NCBI GenBank assembly: GCA_965261595.1
Contig: CBDHDG010000002.1
Coordinates: 1-64,000 of the forward strand
DNA: 64,000 nucleotides
From: a bacterium
GTDB taxonomy: Bacteria; UBA8248; JACPRG01; G963555815
Direction: 5' to 3'
In this document: positions 18,271-29,034 of the stretch, piece by piece
Layout: each line of letters starts with the position of its first letter
Numbering within the stretch: the stretch's first letter is position 1
Program-made: the position numbers and the translations under genes
The notes under the pieces: generated by a model
Databases searched by the model: none
Seen by the model: the letters and a program-made list of their open reading frames with translations, nothing else
What the model was told of the DNA's origin: nothing

Positions 18271-21210
18271 TCAGGCATCATCGTCCTGCCAGAGCCTGAT
18301 CTGCTCCGGCTCGTCGATCTCGTCGCTGTAGGCGAGACGGGCGAGGTTGTAGAGCGCTTCGAAGTCGTTTCCCGAAGCCGCTGCATCGCCTTCGAGCTCA
18401 ATGCCGGTAAAGGTCTTGGAAACCGGGAGGACTTCGAGGACGGCCTCAAGGGCCGCAAAGAAGCGTGGATCCTGGTCCACCCGCGTGTTGGCGAGCATCT
18501 CCTGGGAAGCGGCGAGGGATCGGATGTGCGCCGTGTTGGCCGCGTGATGGATGGCGTCGATCATGCCGCGCGAGCCGTCGGCCGGACCGAGCGCCCCCTT
18601 GGCGGCGCGGCGCGCGCTGTCCCACAGGAGGATATCGCTGCCCTTCTTCTCCGCGATCCGGCCGACGATGTCGCTGTCGAGATCGATACCGACGGCGCGG
18701 GCGAGTCTCAGCGCTTCGTCGTAGGAAAACATCGGCGCCTTGAAGGCGTCCCAGGCAAGCACGAAGAAGGCGGTGGCCGGATCGAGATCGGCATCTGCCT
18801 TCAAATGGGTCAGTTGCTCCAGGCGCCAGCGTTTGACCTCGCGCCGGGCCGCGTCCAGCGCATCCTCCGGCGTGGCGGCGTAGGGATCCCATTCCTCCTC
18901 GAACAGGCCCTGCTGGCGTCGACGGCGGCGTACCTCCGGAACCTCGCGGGGCGTGCCGCGCTTCAACGGCCAGTGGCGCGAGAATTCCTCAAGCGCGGGG
19001 CCGAAGGAGGCAAGATACAGATCGACCCCGGCAATGCCTGCGTCCTGGAATTCCTTGACCCGCGTCCGCACGGCCTCGGCGACCCGGGGTTCCACGTCCT
19101 CCCAATAGAGATCCGGTTCGGCCTCCATATCGCCGATGCGCGGGCGGCAGACCAGAAAGATGGTGCTGTTGGCCGCCGCCTTGTTCCTGATGTGCAGGCT
19201 GCCTTCGGCCTCGGTGTTGATGGGCCAGGACGCAGTGATGGCGAAGCCCGCTTCCATCAGCCCCTTGGTGAGTGCATCCCAGGCGCCGGTCGCTTTGTGC
19301 GTGAACATCAGGGTCATGACGCCATTGGGCTTCAGGGTCCGGCGGCACTCGGCGAAGATGGATGCCATCCGTTCCTGGTAGTCCCGTCCAGCGAGCGCGC
19401 TGGCGCCTTTTTCGCCCTTGAACCTGGCCGGATTGGCGACGGCTTCGTTGTCCTTGTCGGTCAGGTGCCGCCGGAAGAGCTCGGGGAAGACGTGTCCGGC
19501 GGTGCGCTTGAGCCAGACGTAGAAGAAGTCCGACAACTCCGCATACATCACGTTGTCGTAATAGGGCGGATCCATGACCACCACGTCGATGCTGCCGTCC
19601 TCGATATGGTCGAGGCTGTCGCCGGGTTTGCAGGTGATGGTGATGGGAGGTGGGGTGTATTCCGCCGCAGTGGCATCGTCGAACAAATCGCCGTTTTTGC
19701 CGTCCGCGTCGGGGCGAACCAGCGCGACGAGTTCGTCGATACATTTAGCAATCTGTTTGATGGCCCAGTCGTAGCCCAGACCCACGATGAGGGGCGCCAT
19801 TTCGGCGTAGGACCAGCGGAATGCGAAGTCATGCCTTTGAAATGTGTGCCCCATTACTTCCCGATAGGGATGCCATGTACATCCTCGCGAGTTCCAGTCC
19901 ACTGTTTTGTCGATGGTCAGAGCCAAGTACCCATACGCCGCTTGCCGGACTTCGTTCAGCTCGCCGGCAGCCCGGTCGGCGTCGAGCATTTCGCGGAAGA
20001 CTTCCACGCTCGTGCCGTGACAAAGTAGCTGGCGCGGCGAAAACAGGTCGCGCCACGTAAGCATTCCGTAACGCTGGGGCTCCGTGGTCTTATTTCCGTC
20101 GGGAATTCGTTCGCTCGGCACAATATCCAGCGCTTCCCACTCGAGCAGCTTCTCGTCGAGCTTTGCCTGAATTTCGGCGCTGTTGTCGTCCTCGCGTCGC
20201 GTCACGCGGTAGCCGCGAACCCATTTGTCTTTTCCGCGCTTGCCGGATTTCAAGGTCTTTACGACGCGCTCCTTGTAGACTACCGCAAAGAGCTGCTCGC
20301 CCATTTGACCCGCCTGGGCCTGGCGTTTGATTTCGTCGCCGTCGATGACGCGGCCGCAATCGGGATAGGGGCATGTGCCGTCGCCGCGCGACACTGTGCC
20401 GGACGACTGTTCATTCGCAGACTGGACGATCTGGAAAGAACAGATTCGGCCGTCGGAACCCGGGCCGGAACCGAGCTCGGGCTTGAGCCTGACGCCGGTT
20501 CCATCGGACGACAGTCGCCAGTTCGGCGAAAGCGGCGCAAGACCGTCGCAATAGGGGCAGGTTATGGTGCGGGCCCAGAGGTAGCCATCGGGCCGTACAT
20601 CGTTTCCCGGCTCGTTCGGAAAGACGCCTGCCAGACGCTTGCGAACTTCTGCCGTGAATTCGTTGCCCAATGTTTCGATGGACGTCTTGACTGCGAGGCC
20701 GTGTCTGGCTGGCCATTCGAGTGTCGCGCGCTCGATCAATGCCGCGACCGGATTCAGATCATTGGCATGGGTTTTAAGCCCGAGACGCAACGCTTCGAAC
20801 GGTACGCTGCCGCCGCCGGCCGTCGGGTCGAGAACGACGGTGCCGTTTACCGAGGTTCCAGCCAACCAGTCTTTATCCTGTCTGTTCGGGGTATAGCCGA
20901 ACGCGCGCGGATAACCGTAGGCATCGACTCCTAGCCGTTCTCCTTTTCGGTCCGCGATAGCGATCCGTTTCTTCGCCGCCACCGGATCTCCATGAATCCC
21001 CAGCACATGCATGAACTTCTTCCGGTCAGCATCGGCGGGCAGCAAGGAAGCGAGCACCGCCGCGCGTGATGCCACCAGCGGACGGCGCGCCCACCAGACG
21101 TGGAGGTAATAGGTCGGGGGAAGCGCCGTCATGGAACGGCGCTCGCGGATGCTTTCCTCGCCAAGAGCGGCGATGGGCAGCCAGCGTTCGATCAGGCGGG
21201 TGTCGGGCAT
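18271..21210 (-). CDS. DUF1156 adenine DNA methyltransferase
   Basis: LHVWWARRPL, VLDPTAGGGS (SAM), CPYC Zn motifs, MDPPYYDNV catalytic motif. Confidence 0.92.
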   Translation of the reverse strand: MPDTRLIERWLPIAALGEESIRERRSMTALPPTYYLHVWWARRPLVASRAAVLASLLPADADRKKFMHVLGIHGDPVAAKKRIAIADRKGERLGVDAYGYPRAFGYTPNRQDKDWLAGTSVNGTVVLDPTAGGGSVPFEALRLGLKTHANDLNPVAALIERATLEWPARHGLAVKTSIETLGNEFTAEVRKRLAGVFPNEPGNDVRPDGYLWARTITCPYCDGLAPLSPNWRLSSDGTGVRLKPELGSGPGSDGRICSFQIVQSANEQSSGTVSRGDGTCPYPDCGRVIDGDEIKRQAQAGQMGEQLFAVVYKERVVKTLKSGKRGKDKWVRGYRVTRREDDNSAEIQAKLDEKLLEWEALDIVPSERIPDGNKTTEPQRYGMLTWRDLFSPRQLLCHGTSVEVFREMLDADRAAGELNEVRQAAYGYLALTIDKTVDWNSRGCTWHPYREVMGHTFQRHDFAFRWSYAEMAPLIVGLGYDWAIKQIAKCIDELVALVRPDADGKNGDLFDDATAAEYTPPPITITCKPGDSLDHIEDGSIDVVVMDPPYYDNVMYAELSDFFYVWLKRTAGHVFPELFRRHLTDKDNEAVANPARFKGEKGASALAGRDYQERMASIFAECRRTLKPNGVMTLMFTHKATGAWDALTKGLMEAGFAITASWPINTEAEGSLHIRNKAAANSTIFLVCRPRIGDMEAEPDLYWEDVEPRVAEAVRTRVKEFQDAGIAGVDLYLASFGPALEEFSRHWPLKRGTPREVPEVRRRRRQQGLFEEEWDPYAATPEDALDAARREVKRWRLEQLTHLKADADLDPATAFFVLAWDAFKAPMFSYDEALRLARAVGIDLDSDIVGRIAEKKGSDILLWDSARRAAKGALGPADGSRGMIDAIHHAANTAHIRSLAASQEMLANTRVDQDPRFFAALEAVLEVLPVSKTFTGIELEGDAAASGNDFEALYNLARLAYSDEIDEPEQIRLWQDDDA

Positions 21211-21214
21211 CCGT

Positions 21215-21964
21215 TCAGATCCAATTCTGAGGAGGTTCAGAAAGGAAGCTCTCGCCGTAACCGTCGAAAAAACTTCGGCTGGTAGTGAAGAATCTGGGCA
21301 AGCGGTTTTCCTTGTCCGGAAGAAGCTCAGCGCGCGCCGCAGCCTCCATTACTTGAGGATTCTCAAAATCCGCCTTCCAATTATCGCTTAGCGCGTTCCA
21401 GCGCTTTTCCCGTGCCAGCCGCAGGCGTTCAACGTTCAACCTCAAAATTTTAATCGTTCTTTTGACCCTGACGGCGGCGATGCCGTGTTTCTTACATGCG
21501 TCCGTGTCGGCTTCGATATTACCATTGGGGTGCACTCTCGTAAGCGACGGCAATGCGGGCAACGTTCTGGGATTGATGAAATCCGCGTCCGTCGAGTTAC
21601 CCTTGGCTTCACCGCAACTGCGGTTGTGCCTTACCGGATCAAGTCGCCGTGTCTCGTCGACGGTCTGTAATGTTCCACCTTTGCAGCAGGCAATCATGTT
21701 GGCGTGGTCGAGGGCGCGCGCTGCGCCTTGCTGCGGGGCGCTCTGCGGCAAAACGTGCTCGACTTGCCTATCCTGTTCGTTGATGTCGATCTCGCAGTAC
21801 CCGCAAAGCCCATGCTGGGTATCCACGAGAGTTTCTGCAAGTTCCCGGTAGGACGCGCCTGCTTTGTGGCTGCGAAATCTTTGCCAGCTTGCCTTGTTAC
21901 CTTCGCATGTAAGGTAGGTATCGAGACCGGGTGTGGGATTACTCAGCTTTCGGATACGCTTCAC
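21215..21964 (-). CDS. HNH endonuclease, PtuB/retron-associated TIGR02646-like
   Basis: QHGLCGYCE, QVEHVLPQS, NMIACC, SCGEAKG; coupled to upstream ABC-type ATPase. Confidence 0.85.
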   Translation of the reverse strand: MKRIRKLSNPTPGLDTYLTCEGNKASWQRFRSHKAGASYRELAETLVDTQHGLCGYCEIDINEQDRQVEHVLPQSAPQQGAARALDHANMIACCKGGTLQTVDETRRLDPVRHNRSCGEAKGNSTDADFINPRTLPALPSLTRVHPNGNIEADTDACKKHGIAAVRVKRTIKILRLNVERLRLAREKRWNALSDNWKADFENPQVMEAAARAELLPDKENRLPRFFTTSRSFFDGYGESFLSEPPQNWI

Positions 21965-23235
21965 CGAGACTTTCCCATGTCCTTCAGCACCTTGCGCCGC
22001 CTGATTTCAATATCGGCCCTGTCGAGCGCGGGATCGTACGGCGAGAGACTTTCGAGCTTGCGTCTGAGAGATACAGCCTGTTTGGATTCACCCCGGTCGT
22101 GGCCGATAAGGCGCATGTACTTTTCCAAACATTTCACGAAGTCGTTATCGCGTGGCCGCTCGTCAACCCCCATCACCATGGAAAGGACATCGCCGGCTTC
22201 CGCGCCAAAGGTCGCCGCCGACGCTTGTCCGGCGACGATGCGGCCGTTTTCCCGGTCTAAGGCGATAATGTGCTCCGGTCTGACCGTGGTCAGCGCTTGC
22301 GGGCTGTGGGTAGACACAATGAACTGGGCATTCGGGAATGTCCGCGAGAGGTCCGCCAGAATCCGCTGCTGCCATGAGGGATGCAGATGCAGTTCGATCT
22401 CGTCAATCAGGACGACTGCTTCGGAGCTGAGCGGATCCTCAAGATGGGGATTGCCCTGCGCCATGCGCCAGGCGAGGTCGGCCGCGAGCGCCAGGACGAT
22501 GCGATAGCCTCCGCTCAGTTGGTCGATAGAGAGTGCTTCTAACTCATCCTGTTCAGACTCCACGGATACGACGAAACGGAGCGGCCTAAGTTCGATGCGC
22601 GGGTCCGATACTCCAGGTATCATGGACATGATCGCCCGACGAACAGCATCAAGGTCTTTCAGTGGAAAATTGAAATCGAGCCGTTGCTTCTGTTCCCGCA
22701 GCTCTTCGTTTTCTTTGGCATAGAACCACTTGAAGAATTCTCTGAAGTTGGTTCGGGCCGACAGCGCGCCCTCCAGCGCGGCATAGCGCGGGAATTCGGA
22801 CTTGAATCCCCTCCGGCGTCGTGGTTGGTCAAACACAGCGCGGTCGGTGTCGTAAAAAGCAACGATGGGCAAGTCGAGCGGTTGAAACTCCTCCCGATCT
22901 GCGCTGACGATGTTCTCCATCGCTTCCTTCAACTCTCGCCGGACAGTGTGGCGGCGCCCCTGTGGCCCCATAGTTCGCCGCCATGTGATTCCGTCGGCAG
23001 TCGTGAGCTTGATCTGCAAGGATCGCCTTTGACGCCGATCCGTCTTCAGGAAGCCGATCCCCGAAATATCGGGCAGCAAGGTGGGAATACTGCCAAGCCC
23101 CACGGCGATCGCGCTCAGAACGCTGGTCTTACCGTGCGCATTGTCGCCATGGAACACCGCCAAGGAAGAGTCAAGTTGGAGAGCAAGGTGCTCAATCGCC
23201 CGGTAGTTTTCGATTTCTACAGACTTTAGCTTCAC
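21961..23235 (-). CDS. ABC-type AAA ATPase, PtuA-like
   Basis: MKLKSVEIENYR, GDNAHGKTS, QLSGGYR, VLIDEIELHLHPSWQQ, STHSP. Confidence 0.88.
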   Translation of the reverse strand: MKLKSVEIENYRAIEHLALQLDSSLAVFHGDNAHGKTSVLSAIAVGLGSIPTLLPDISGIGFLKTDRRQRRSLQIKLTTADGITWRRTMGPQGRRHTVRRELKEAMENIVSADREEFQPLDLPIVAFYDTDRAVFDQPRRRRGFKSEFPRYAALEGALSARTNFREFFKWFYAKENEELREQKQRLDFNFPLKDLDAVRRAIMSMIPGVSDPRIELRPLRFVVSVESEQDELEALSIDQLSGGYRIVLALAADLAWRMAQGNPHLEDPLSSEAVVLIDEIELHLHPSWQQRILADLSRTFPNAQFIVSTHSPQALTTVRPEHIIALDRENGRIVAGQASAATFGAEAGDVLSMVMGVDERPRDNDFVKCLEKYMRLIGHDRGESKQAVSLRRKLESLSPYDPALDRADIEIRRRKVLKDMGKSR

Positions 23236-23726
23236 GAGCGGACCTCCCTCGCCCTTGGCTCGGTCAGCAGAAACCGCAGTGCCGTCAGCACCCGGCGCGG
23301 GTTTTTGCGGTGCATCGCCATGCCGAGCCAATAGGCGGCCTCCTCGCGTCCCATCGCCTCGATACCCTCTGCCACCGCCCGCATGTTGTCGCGGCTGCGC
23401 ATCGGAGCAAGCGCGCGGAACAAAAGCCCCAACGTCAGCGCAAGATCCTCGTTGAGCGCATAGCCGCGCTTTCTGATGTCCGCGCTCTGGACCGGCTTGA
23501 CGCCGGATTGCGAAAGCCGCTTCAGCACACGGTGTTCGACCAGTTCGAGGTTGCGGCCCCGAAGCCCCGCGAGACGCAGCGCCGATGTCACCTGCGGCGT
23601 GGCTGTCGCGGGCATCTGCCAGATTTCATACTCGCTGCCGGCCGGCCCCTGACGACGCACCCGCAACTCGTACCGGGGTGCGGAGTCCGGCGTCTCGATC
23701 TGGGCGATTCTCTCCAGGCGCGCCAT
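23232..23726 (-). CDS. Small DUF499-associated protein (DUF3780 positional analogue)
   Basis: 164 aa ending GIEAMGREEAAYWLGMAMHRKNPRRVLTALR; directly after DUF499 gene. Confidence 0.65.
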   Translation of the reverse strand: MARLERIAQIETPDSAPRYELRVRRQGPAGSEYEIWQMPATATPQVTSALRLAGLRGRNLELVEHRVLKRLSQSGVKPVQSADIRKRGYALNEDLALTLGLLFRALAPMRSRDNMRAVAEGIEAMGREEAAYWLGMAMHRKNPRRVLTALRFLLTEPRAREVRS

Positions 23727-23727
23727 C

Positions 23728-26700
23728 TCAAGTCTTGACCTCCGCCGTGGCCGACACGTAGGCCGCGCCGCTCGCGAACCGGGCAAGGCTCTCGGTGAGC
23801 TTCTCCGCCGCGTCACCCTGCATCGAGAGACCCTCGACAAAGGTCAACTCGAAACCCGCCTCCAGGTTCTTGGAACTTGCGTCCCGAAGCTGCGGTTCCA
23901 AAAACTCCTTCACCGGCTGGGCGTCCGATACCGGCCCTCGGAACTCCAACTCGAACGATCCACCCTCGCGGGTCTCATAGCCGCCCGTGATCGTGACGCT
24001 CTTGTCCGCCCCGGATACGGCGCCCACGGCGCCGAGAAGCCGGAACGCGTCGCCCGCCTCGAACATGCGGATGGTCAGAACGCCGATGGTCCCGACTTCC
24101 TTCGCCCGGGCCTGCTCCCACAACTTAACCAGCGCCTCTTTGAGAACGCCCTCGGCGGTAAACGAGCCGGGCGCCTCCCCGACAGGATGGCTTCCAACCG
24201 GCTCCGCGTCGGAGCCCACGCCTGGCCCGCCGCCGGGCGTCTCGCCGGATTGGCCTGTCTTTTCTCCCTCCGGGGCCGGCTGCTCGGATTCTCCCGGCTT
24301 CTTCCGTGGCCAGATGCCGGCATTCTTCGCATAGGCCATGGTGAAGACCACGGATTGCTCATCGATCATGATGCCGGCCGCCGGATCGCCCGGCCCGTAC
24401 AGCAAACCTCCGCGTTGGTAAACGTATTCGCCCTGTTCGATGCCGCGCCGTACGCCGCGAATGAAGATGTCGTTGCCGATCAGGATGGGCAGGGCCGGAT
24501 CGCGCCGAAACTCGTCGCGTAGCGCCAGCGTGGTGATTTGACCCCTTTTGAGCGGTGTACGATCGCGCACATAGGCGGGGGAATCCGGTTCGTCCTCGGA
24601 CAGGCGCAGTTTCTTGAGGTCTCGTAATGCCCGCACAATCTGTTGCTGACCTGCGCCGGGCTGCTCGGAGGTGGAATGGATGTCGATCGCCGAGTGGGTC
24701 AGATCGACATCGCTCGCGCCGACCCGGTTGCGGGACGGGTAGAAAACGTGCCGGTAGCACTGTTGAATGGCGATCGCGAGCTCCTGATCGGACCGGGCCT
24801 CCATCTCGCGCACCAGGTCCTGCTGATGCTCCGCCAGATCGATGAGGCGTTCAGGCTTTTTCAGTTCCCGCAGCGCCAAACGATAATCGGTCTTTCGGCG
24901 CATCTCCTCCTTGCGGGCGTCCTCCGCGACCACGAACGCCACATTGTTTCGAAGCACCCGCAAGGCCGATCCTTCCGAGCCTTTCCGGGTGCAAATGCGC
25001 CCGATCAACTCAGGCACGTTCTCGACGGATCCGCCGATGGTCACGCCGTCATAGGCCAGGACGACGAGCTTCGGCCGGCCGTCGCCGACCTCGTCGGGAA
25101 CGTCGAACGGCCCGCCGGGGAAAGATACCGTCTCGAACGTCTTGCCTCCGAATATCTGGCGGATGCGGTCGTTGAGGTGGGCGCGCGCTTCCCCGGCATC
25201 GACGTGGCGTTCCTCGCGCCGGATAATCTGGCGCAGATTGGCCTCGACGAGAAAGCACATCGGCGCAACGGGGCGGTCGTCAAGGTAGGCGGACTCGGCG
25301 ATGAACTTCTTGCGCGCTTCCTCGATAAAGCTGATGTCCGTCGTGGGACCGAGGACCGAATAGCGCAACTGCTCCGGCGAAATCCCCTTGAGCGGATCGT
25401 TGAAGGCGAGCGTGTGCATGAAGATGGTGCGGGCGACGTAGACCGCATACGGCGGCAGGCCGCCGTAATGGGCGGCATCGATCTCCTGCGCCAGCGCCTT
25501 CTTTTCGACCGATCCGGCGGCGACATCGTTGGTGATGGCCGGCACGTAGGCGGACTGCCCGAGACGCGTCACGATCTCCTGGCGGATCGGCTCATGGCCC
25601 GGATCGATATGGTGAAGGTGAATCGAGGTCGCATCTGCGGGCTTTTCCTCCCAAAGATGCGAGATCGTGCGCGCCAGCAGCCGCAGCATGCCGCGCACCC
25701 GCTGAAAATTGCCGAGCGTCGCGGTCTTGCCCGTCAGGGTTTCCAGAACTTCCGGGTGCAGAGGATAACTCGATCGGAAGGTCTCCACGGTCTCGGGCCG
25801 GGCGGCATCATCTGCCAGGGACTCCGCGTTGGCTCCCCAAAGCGCCCGGTAGGCATCCGTAACGCCCGGAATCTTCGCCTCGTCAATGGATTCGAACAGG
25901 CGGCGACGGAGCACCTGAACCGTCTCGTCTTCCTCGGTGGGATTCAACAGCGTCGCCTTGCGCGCCGAGACGCTCTCCGCTTCCGCCATGTGATCGGCGA
26001 TAAACTGGTTTTCTTCGTTATAGGCGTCGGTTGCACGTCCGTCCTTGCCGATTGCCAACGTATAGACGAGGGCGGCCTCAGGCGCGCTTTCGACGGCCTT
26101 GAACAACGAGGTCAGGAACGCCGTCAACTGATCGCGGGCATCCTCGAGGTTGCGTACCTTGCGCAGGTAAACCGACAACTCGTCGAGCAGGATCAGGGTC
26201 GGCTCGCCGCCGAACAACTCGCGCAGGGTCTCGGCGCCGGGCGCGATGCGGCTTTCGTCGCTCTTGCGCACCCGCTCATACCCATCCTTGCCGGCAAGCG
26301 CGTAAGCGATCTCGCCCCAGGGAGTGTACGCGAGAAGACCTTCTTCCATCCTGCGGCCATTGGCCGGATCCGCGTTTTCGCCATCGAAGGCGGCGATGCG
26401 GACGTGGCCTTCCGGCAGAATAGAAGGATCGACAAACTCCGAGACGTTCGACACGCCCTTCATGCCGCGTGCGGCGTGGCACAACGCGATCAGCCCGTGG
26501 GTCTTGCCGCCGCCGTAGGAGGTGTCGAGACGGAAAATCGACGCGACTTCACCGCCCGTGCCGGTCAGCCGACGGCACACATTGGCGAGCAGGTTCTTGA
26601 GGCCCCTTGTGGGATAGGTGTTGGCGAAGAACCGCGCCGGGTCGAGATATTCCTCATTCCCCTTGCCGATGATGACTTGGGCCAGATCAGCCGCGAAGTC

Positions 26701-26772
26701 GGATTCGGTAATCGCGCCCTTGAGAACATCCGCGCGCGGCTGGCAGGTTTCGAATATCGTTGGGACCGTCAT
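23728..26772 (-). CDS. DUF499 AAA+ ATPase
   Basis: SDFAADL, FFANTYPT, TSYGGGKTH Walker A, LILLDEL, SYPLHP, FQRVRGMLRLL. Confidence 0.92.
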   Translation of the reverse strand: MTVPTIFETCQPRADVLKGAITESDFAADLAQVIIGKGNEEYLDPARFFANTYPTRGLKNLLANVCRRLTGTGGEVASIFRLDTSYGGGKTHGLIALCHAARGMKGVSNVSEFVDPSILPEGHVRIAAFDGENADPANGRRMEEGLLAYTPWGEIAYALAGKDGYERVRKSDESRIAPGAETLRELFGGEPTLILLDELSVYLRKVRNLEDARDQLTAFLTSLFKAVESAPEAALVYTLAIGKDGRATDAYNEENQFIADHMAEAESVSARKATLLNPTEEDETVQVLRRRLFESIDEAKIPGVTDAYRALWGANAESLADDAARPETVETFRSSYPLHPEVLETLTGKTATLGNFQRVRGMLRLLARTISHLWEEKPADATSIHLHHIDPGHEPIRQEIVTRLGQSAYVPAITNDVAAGSVEKKALAQEIDAAHYGGLPPYAVYVARTIFMHTLAFNDPLKGISPEQLRYSVLGPTTDISFIEEARKKFIAESAYLDDRPVAPMCFLVEANLRQIIRREERHVDAGEARAHLNDRIRQIFGGKTFETVSFPGGPFDVPDEVGDGRPKLVVLAYDGVTIGGSVENVPELIGRICTRKGSEGSALRVLRNNVAFVVAEDARKEEMRRKTDYRLALRELKKPERLIDLAEHQQDLVREMEARSDQELAIAIQQCYRHVFYPSRNRVGASDVDLTHSAIDIHSTSEQPGAGQQQIVRALRDLKKLRLSEDEPDSPAYVRDRTPLKRGQITTLALRDEFRRDPALPILIGNDIFIRGVRRGIEQGEYVYQRGGLLYGPGDPAAGIMIDEQSVVFTMAYAKNAGIWPRKKPGESEQPAPEGEKTGQSGETPGGGPGVGSDAEPVGSHPVGEAPGSFTAEGVLKEALVKLWEQARAKEVGTIGVLTIRMFEAGDAFRLLGAVGAVSGADKSVTITGGYETREGGSFELEFRGPVSDAQPVKEFLEPQLRDASSKNLEAGFELTFVEGLSMQGDAAEKLTESLARFASGAAYVSATAEVKT

Positions 26773-27209
26773 GGTTTCCGCTCCGCCTGCTCTCCTGGGT
26801 CATCCGGCCCGACCGCGTTCGCTTCGGTCCATGGGTCGATCTCGCTCTTCCTGAACCGCCAGGATCCACCAATCCTTGAAGCCAGCATTCCCCTATTGGC
26901 AATCAATATCAATATGATAGTAGGATTTCACGGCCGATGAAAACAGCTCGATGAACCTAAGTGTCCACCGAAACGGCTCTACTTTGGTGCTCCAGGGAGC
27001 AATGAATTCCAGTGTCATGTATCGCGCCCTCCGATCACGTAAACGGACGGTGCTCTTGGTAGCCCGGTGCCGGAGCGGTGTCTGGTTGATCTCTGGACAG
27101 CCTGATTCCCGTCTGATCTCCGTTCACCCGACACACTACGGGTGCAGGACCATACGCCATACACCGCAGCGTGCAATGGGACAGGGTCCTTCTTCCAGAG
27201 GATCTCGAA

Positions 27210-28890
27210 CCGGAATTTCCCATATCAAATCCGGACAGGCCTGTACCGACTCCTCGTTGCTGTTTAAGTCAATTAGACCCCTCTCTCCCGGACCTGTCAA
27301 TCCCATTTCAGGTGCCTGAAACCCTAATCGGAGCGTTATCCACCATTGAAAATCATGCCACCCCTCCGGGCAGGCGAGCCTTCCCGGCAGGTCATCTGGA
27401 AGGGACAGAACATTCACCATTTTGTCCTCGGGTGGACTGCGCTGAGAGCGGTTAGACAGGTACGGGCCGCAATCGGTTGATCCGGTCCAGGATGAGAGCG
27501 AACACCTCCCTGGATACGGCTACCTCGGCCAACTGAAAGATGATGTGCCGGGCATGGCGCACAATCCGGCCGCCCATTTTGATGAGCTTGACCTGGAGGC
27601 TTCGCAGCGACCAGTGCTTGAGCCCCCTGGGCAAGGCTAGCCTCCGCAGGAAATTGCCCAGGTTGTACGCCAGGACGAAGAGAAGGAGCCGCACCTGGTT
27701 GCACACGAACCGGTGACAGGAAAGGCGTGTCCAGTTCAGGGCGTACTTGCCTTCCTTGATCCATTGCTCGGCTGTGCCTCGCTGGTTGTAGAAGTGCACG
27801 ACCCCCTCGGGTCGAGCCGTCAGGTTCGTGACAATGAATCCGACGCGAGGGAAGAGTTCGCCTGAGTGCCATTCCACCTTCGCCACCACCCCTCGGGGGT
27901 GGTCCCAGCTTCCAGCCTGATACCGGAAGTCGTGATAGAAGATGATGGGTCTCTTGGGCGGGCGACCGACCGGGCGGGTGAGCAGGAAGTCGATCCGTTG
28001 GTAGAGCACTTCGTTCGCAGGGAGCCGGATGGCGTAGAGGAAGCCACGCTCTTCCAACGTACTCATAGACCTCGGGGCTCGTAAAGGCGGCATCGGCCCG
28101 AAAGGAACGGCTAACATCAGCGTGCTCATAGCGGGCCGTGATGGGCTCCAACAACTTTCGCCACCCATCGGCGCTGTGAACGTTGCCCAGACGCAACATC
28201 GCCCCCTCGCAGTCCCCAAACTGGTTGAAGCAGAATAAGGGATGGTAGCAGAGGGAACCGAAGTGACCGTTATAGGCAGTCCCTTCCTGCTGTCCGTGCA
28301 CCCGGCTTTCCGAGCTATCCATGTCCAGGATGACCCGTTGATGCGCCGTGCGGCTCATGGCCCGCTCTACCCATTCCGCGTTCAGTTGCCTCAGCCTGCT
28401 CAGGTTCTCCTCGCTGCAGAGAACTTCAGTCTCGAACCGGCTCCATGTGTTGGTACTGGCCGCCTGCTTCTCAAGTGCCCGCCGGCCAACTACGGCTTGC
28501 ATAGCAGGGTCTCCCGCCAATCGCTCGGCATCGTTGGTGTCCTCGTACCCGGCCAGGCGACTATAGACTGACTGGCGCAATAGCGGCACCAACTCATGCT
28601 GGACGTTCCGGCCATGACGGATCTCTTGCAAGTGGGCTGGCGCTCTCACCGTCAAACCCAGCGCATCATCCAACTCCCGGCAGGCCAGCAATCCTGCATC
28701 TGAAGTGATTCTGGCTCCGTGAAAGTCAAGCCTCAGCCTACGGTTAGAATGGACCCTCAATGCCGTCTTTTTCGCTTCACCCATAGGGTTCCCCCGCGAG
28801 AACGTGGCAGGGGGAAGCCAACACGCTGATTTTACAAGAGAAAGCGCCTTTCGGTCTGTCGAATCTTATGACCCAAATGGGAAATGCGGG
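27210..28890 (-). mobile_element. IS1380-family element with 5-bp target duplication TCGAA
   Basis: IRs CCGGAATTTCCCAT (27210) / rc CCCGCATTTCCCAT (ending 28890); TCGAA at 27205-27209 and 28891-28895. Confidence 0.92.
27452..28784 (-). pseudogene. IS1380 transposase, +1 frameshift near 28059
   Basis: [37 protein letters not shown] in one frame; FYNQRGTAEQWIKEGK in another. Confidence 0.88.
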
Positions 28891-29034
28891 TCGAACGCAG
28901 TTCGCCCGTTCAACTTCCATGCATCGTGCCTCTGTGTTTGGCCGACCTGGCGCACCACACCGTCATTGTGGGCGAGAACCTAAACGTTAGTCGGAAAGCT
29001 GATCGGCCATCGCAGGCTGTTACGACAAGACCGC

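Noticed and set aside
21215..23235. Complete retron system
   Set aside because: No reverse transcriptase ORF recognised anywhere in the window and no room for msr-msd beside the pair.
26940..29034. Gene interrupted by the IS1380 at 27210-28890
   Set aside because: Rejoining the flanks at TCGAA gave only short unrecognisable frames in those I translated; treated as intergenic.
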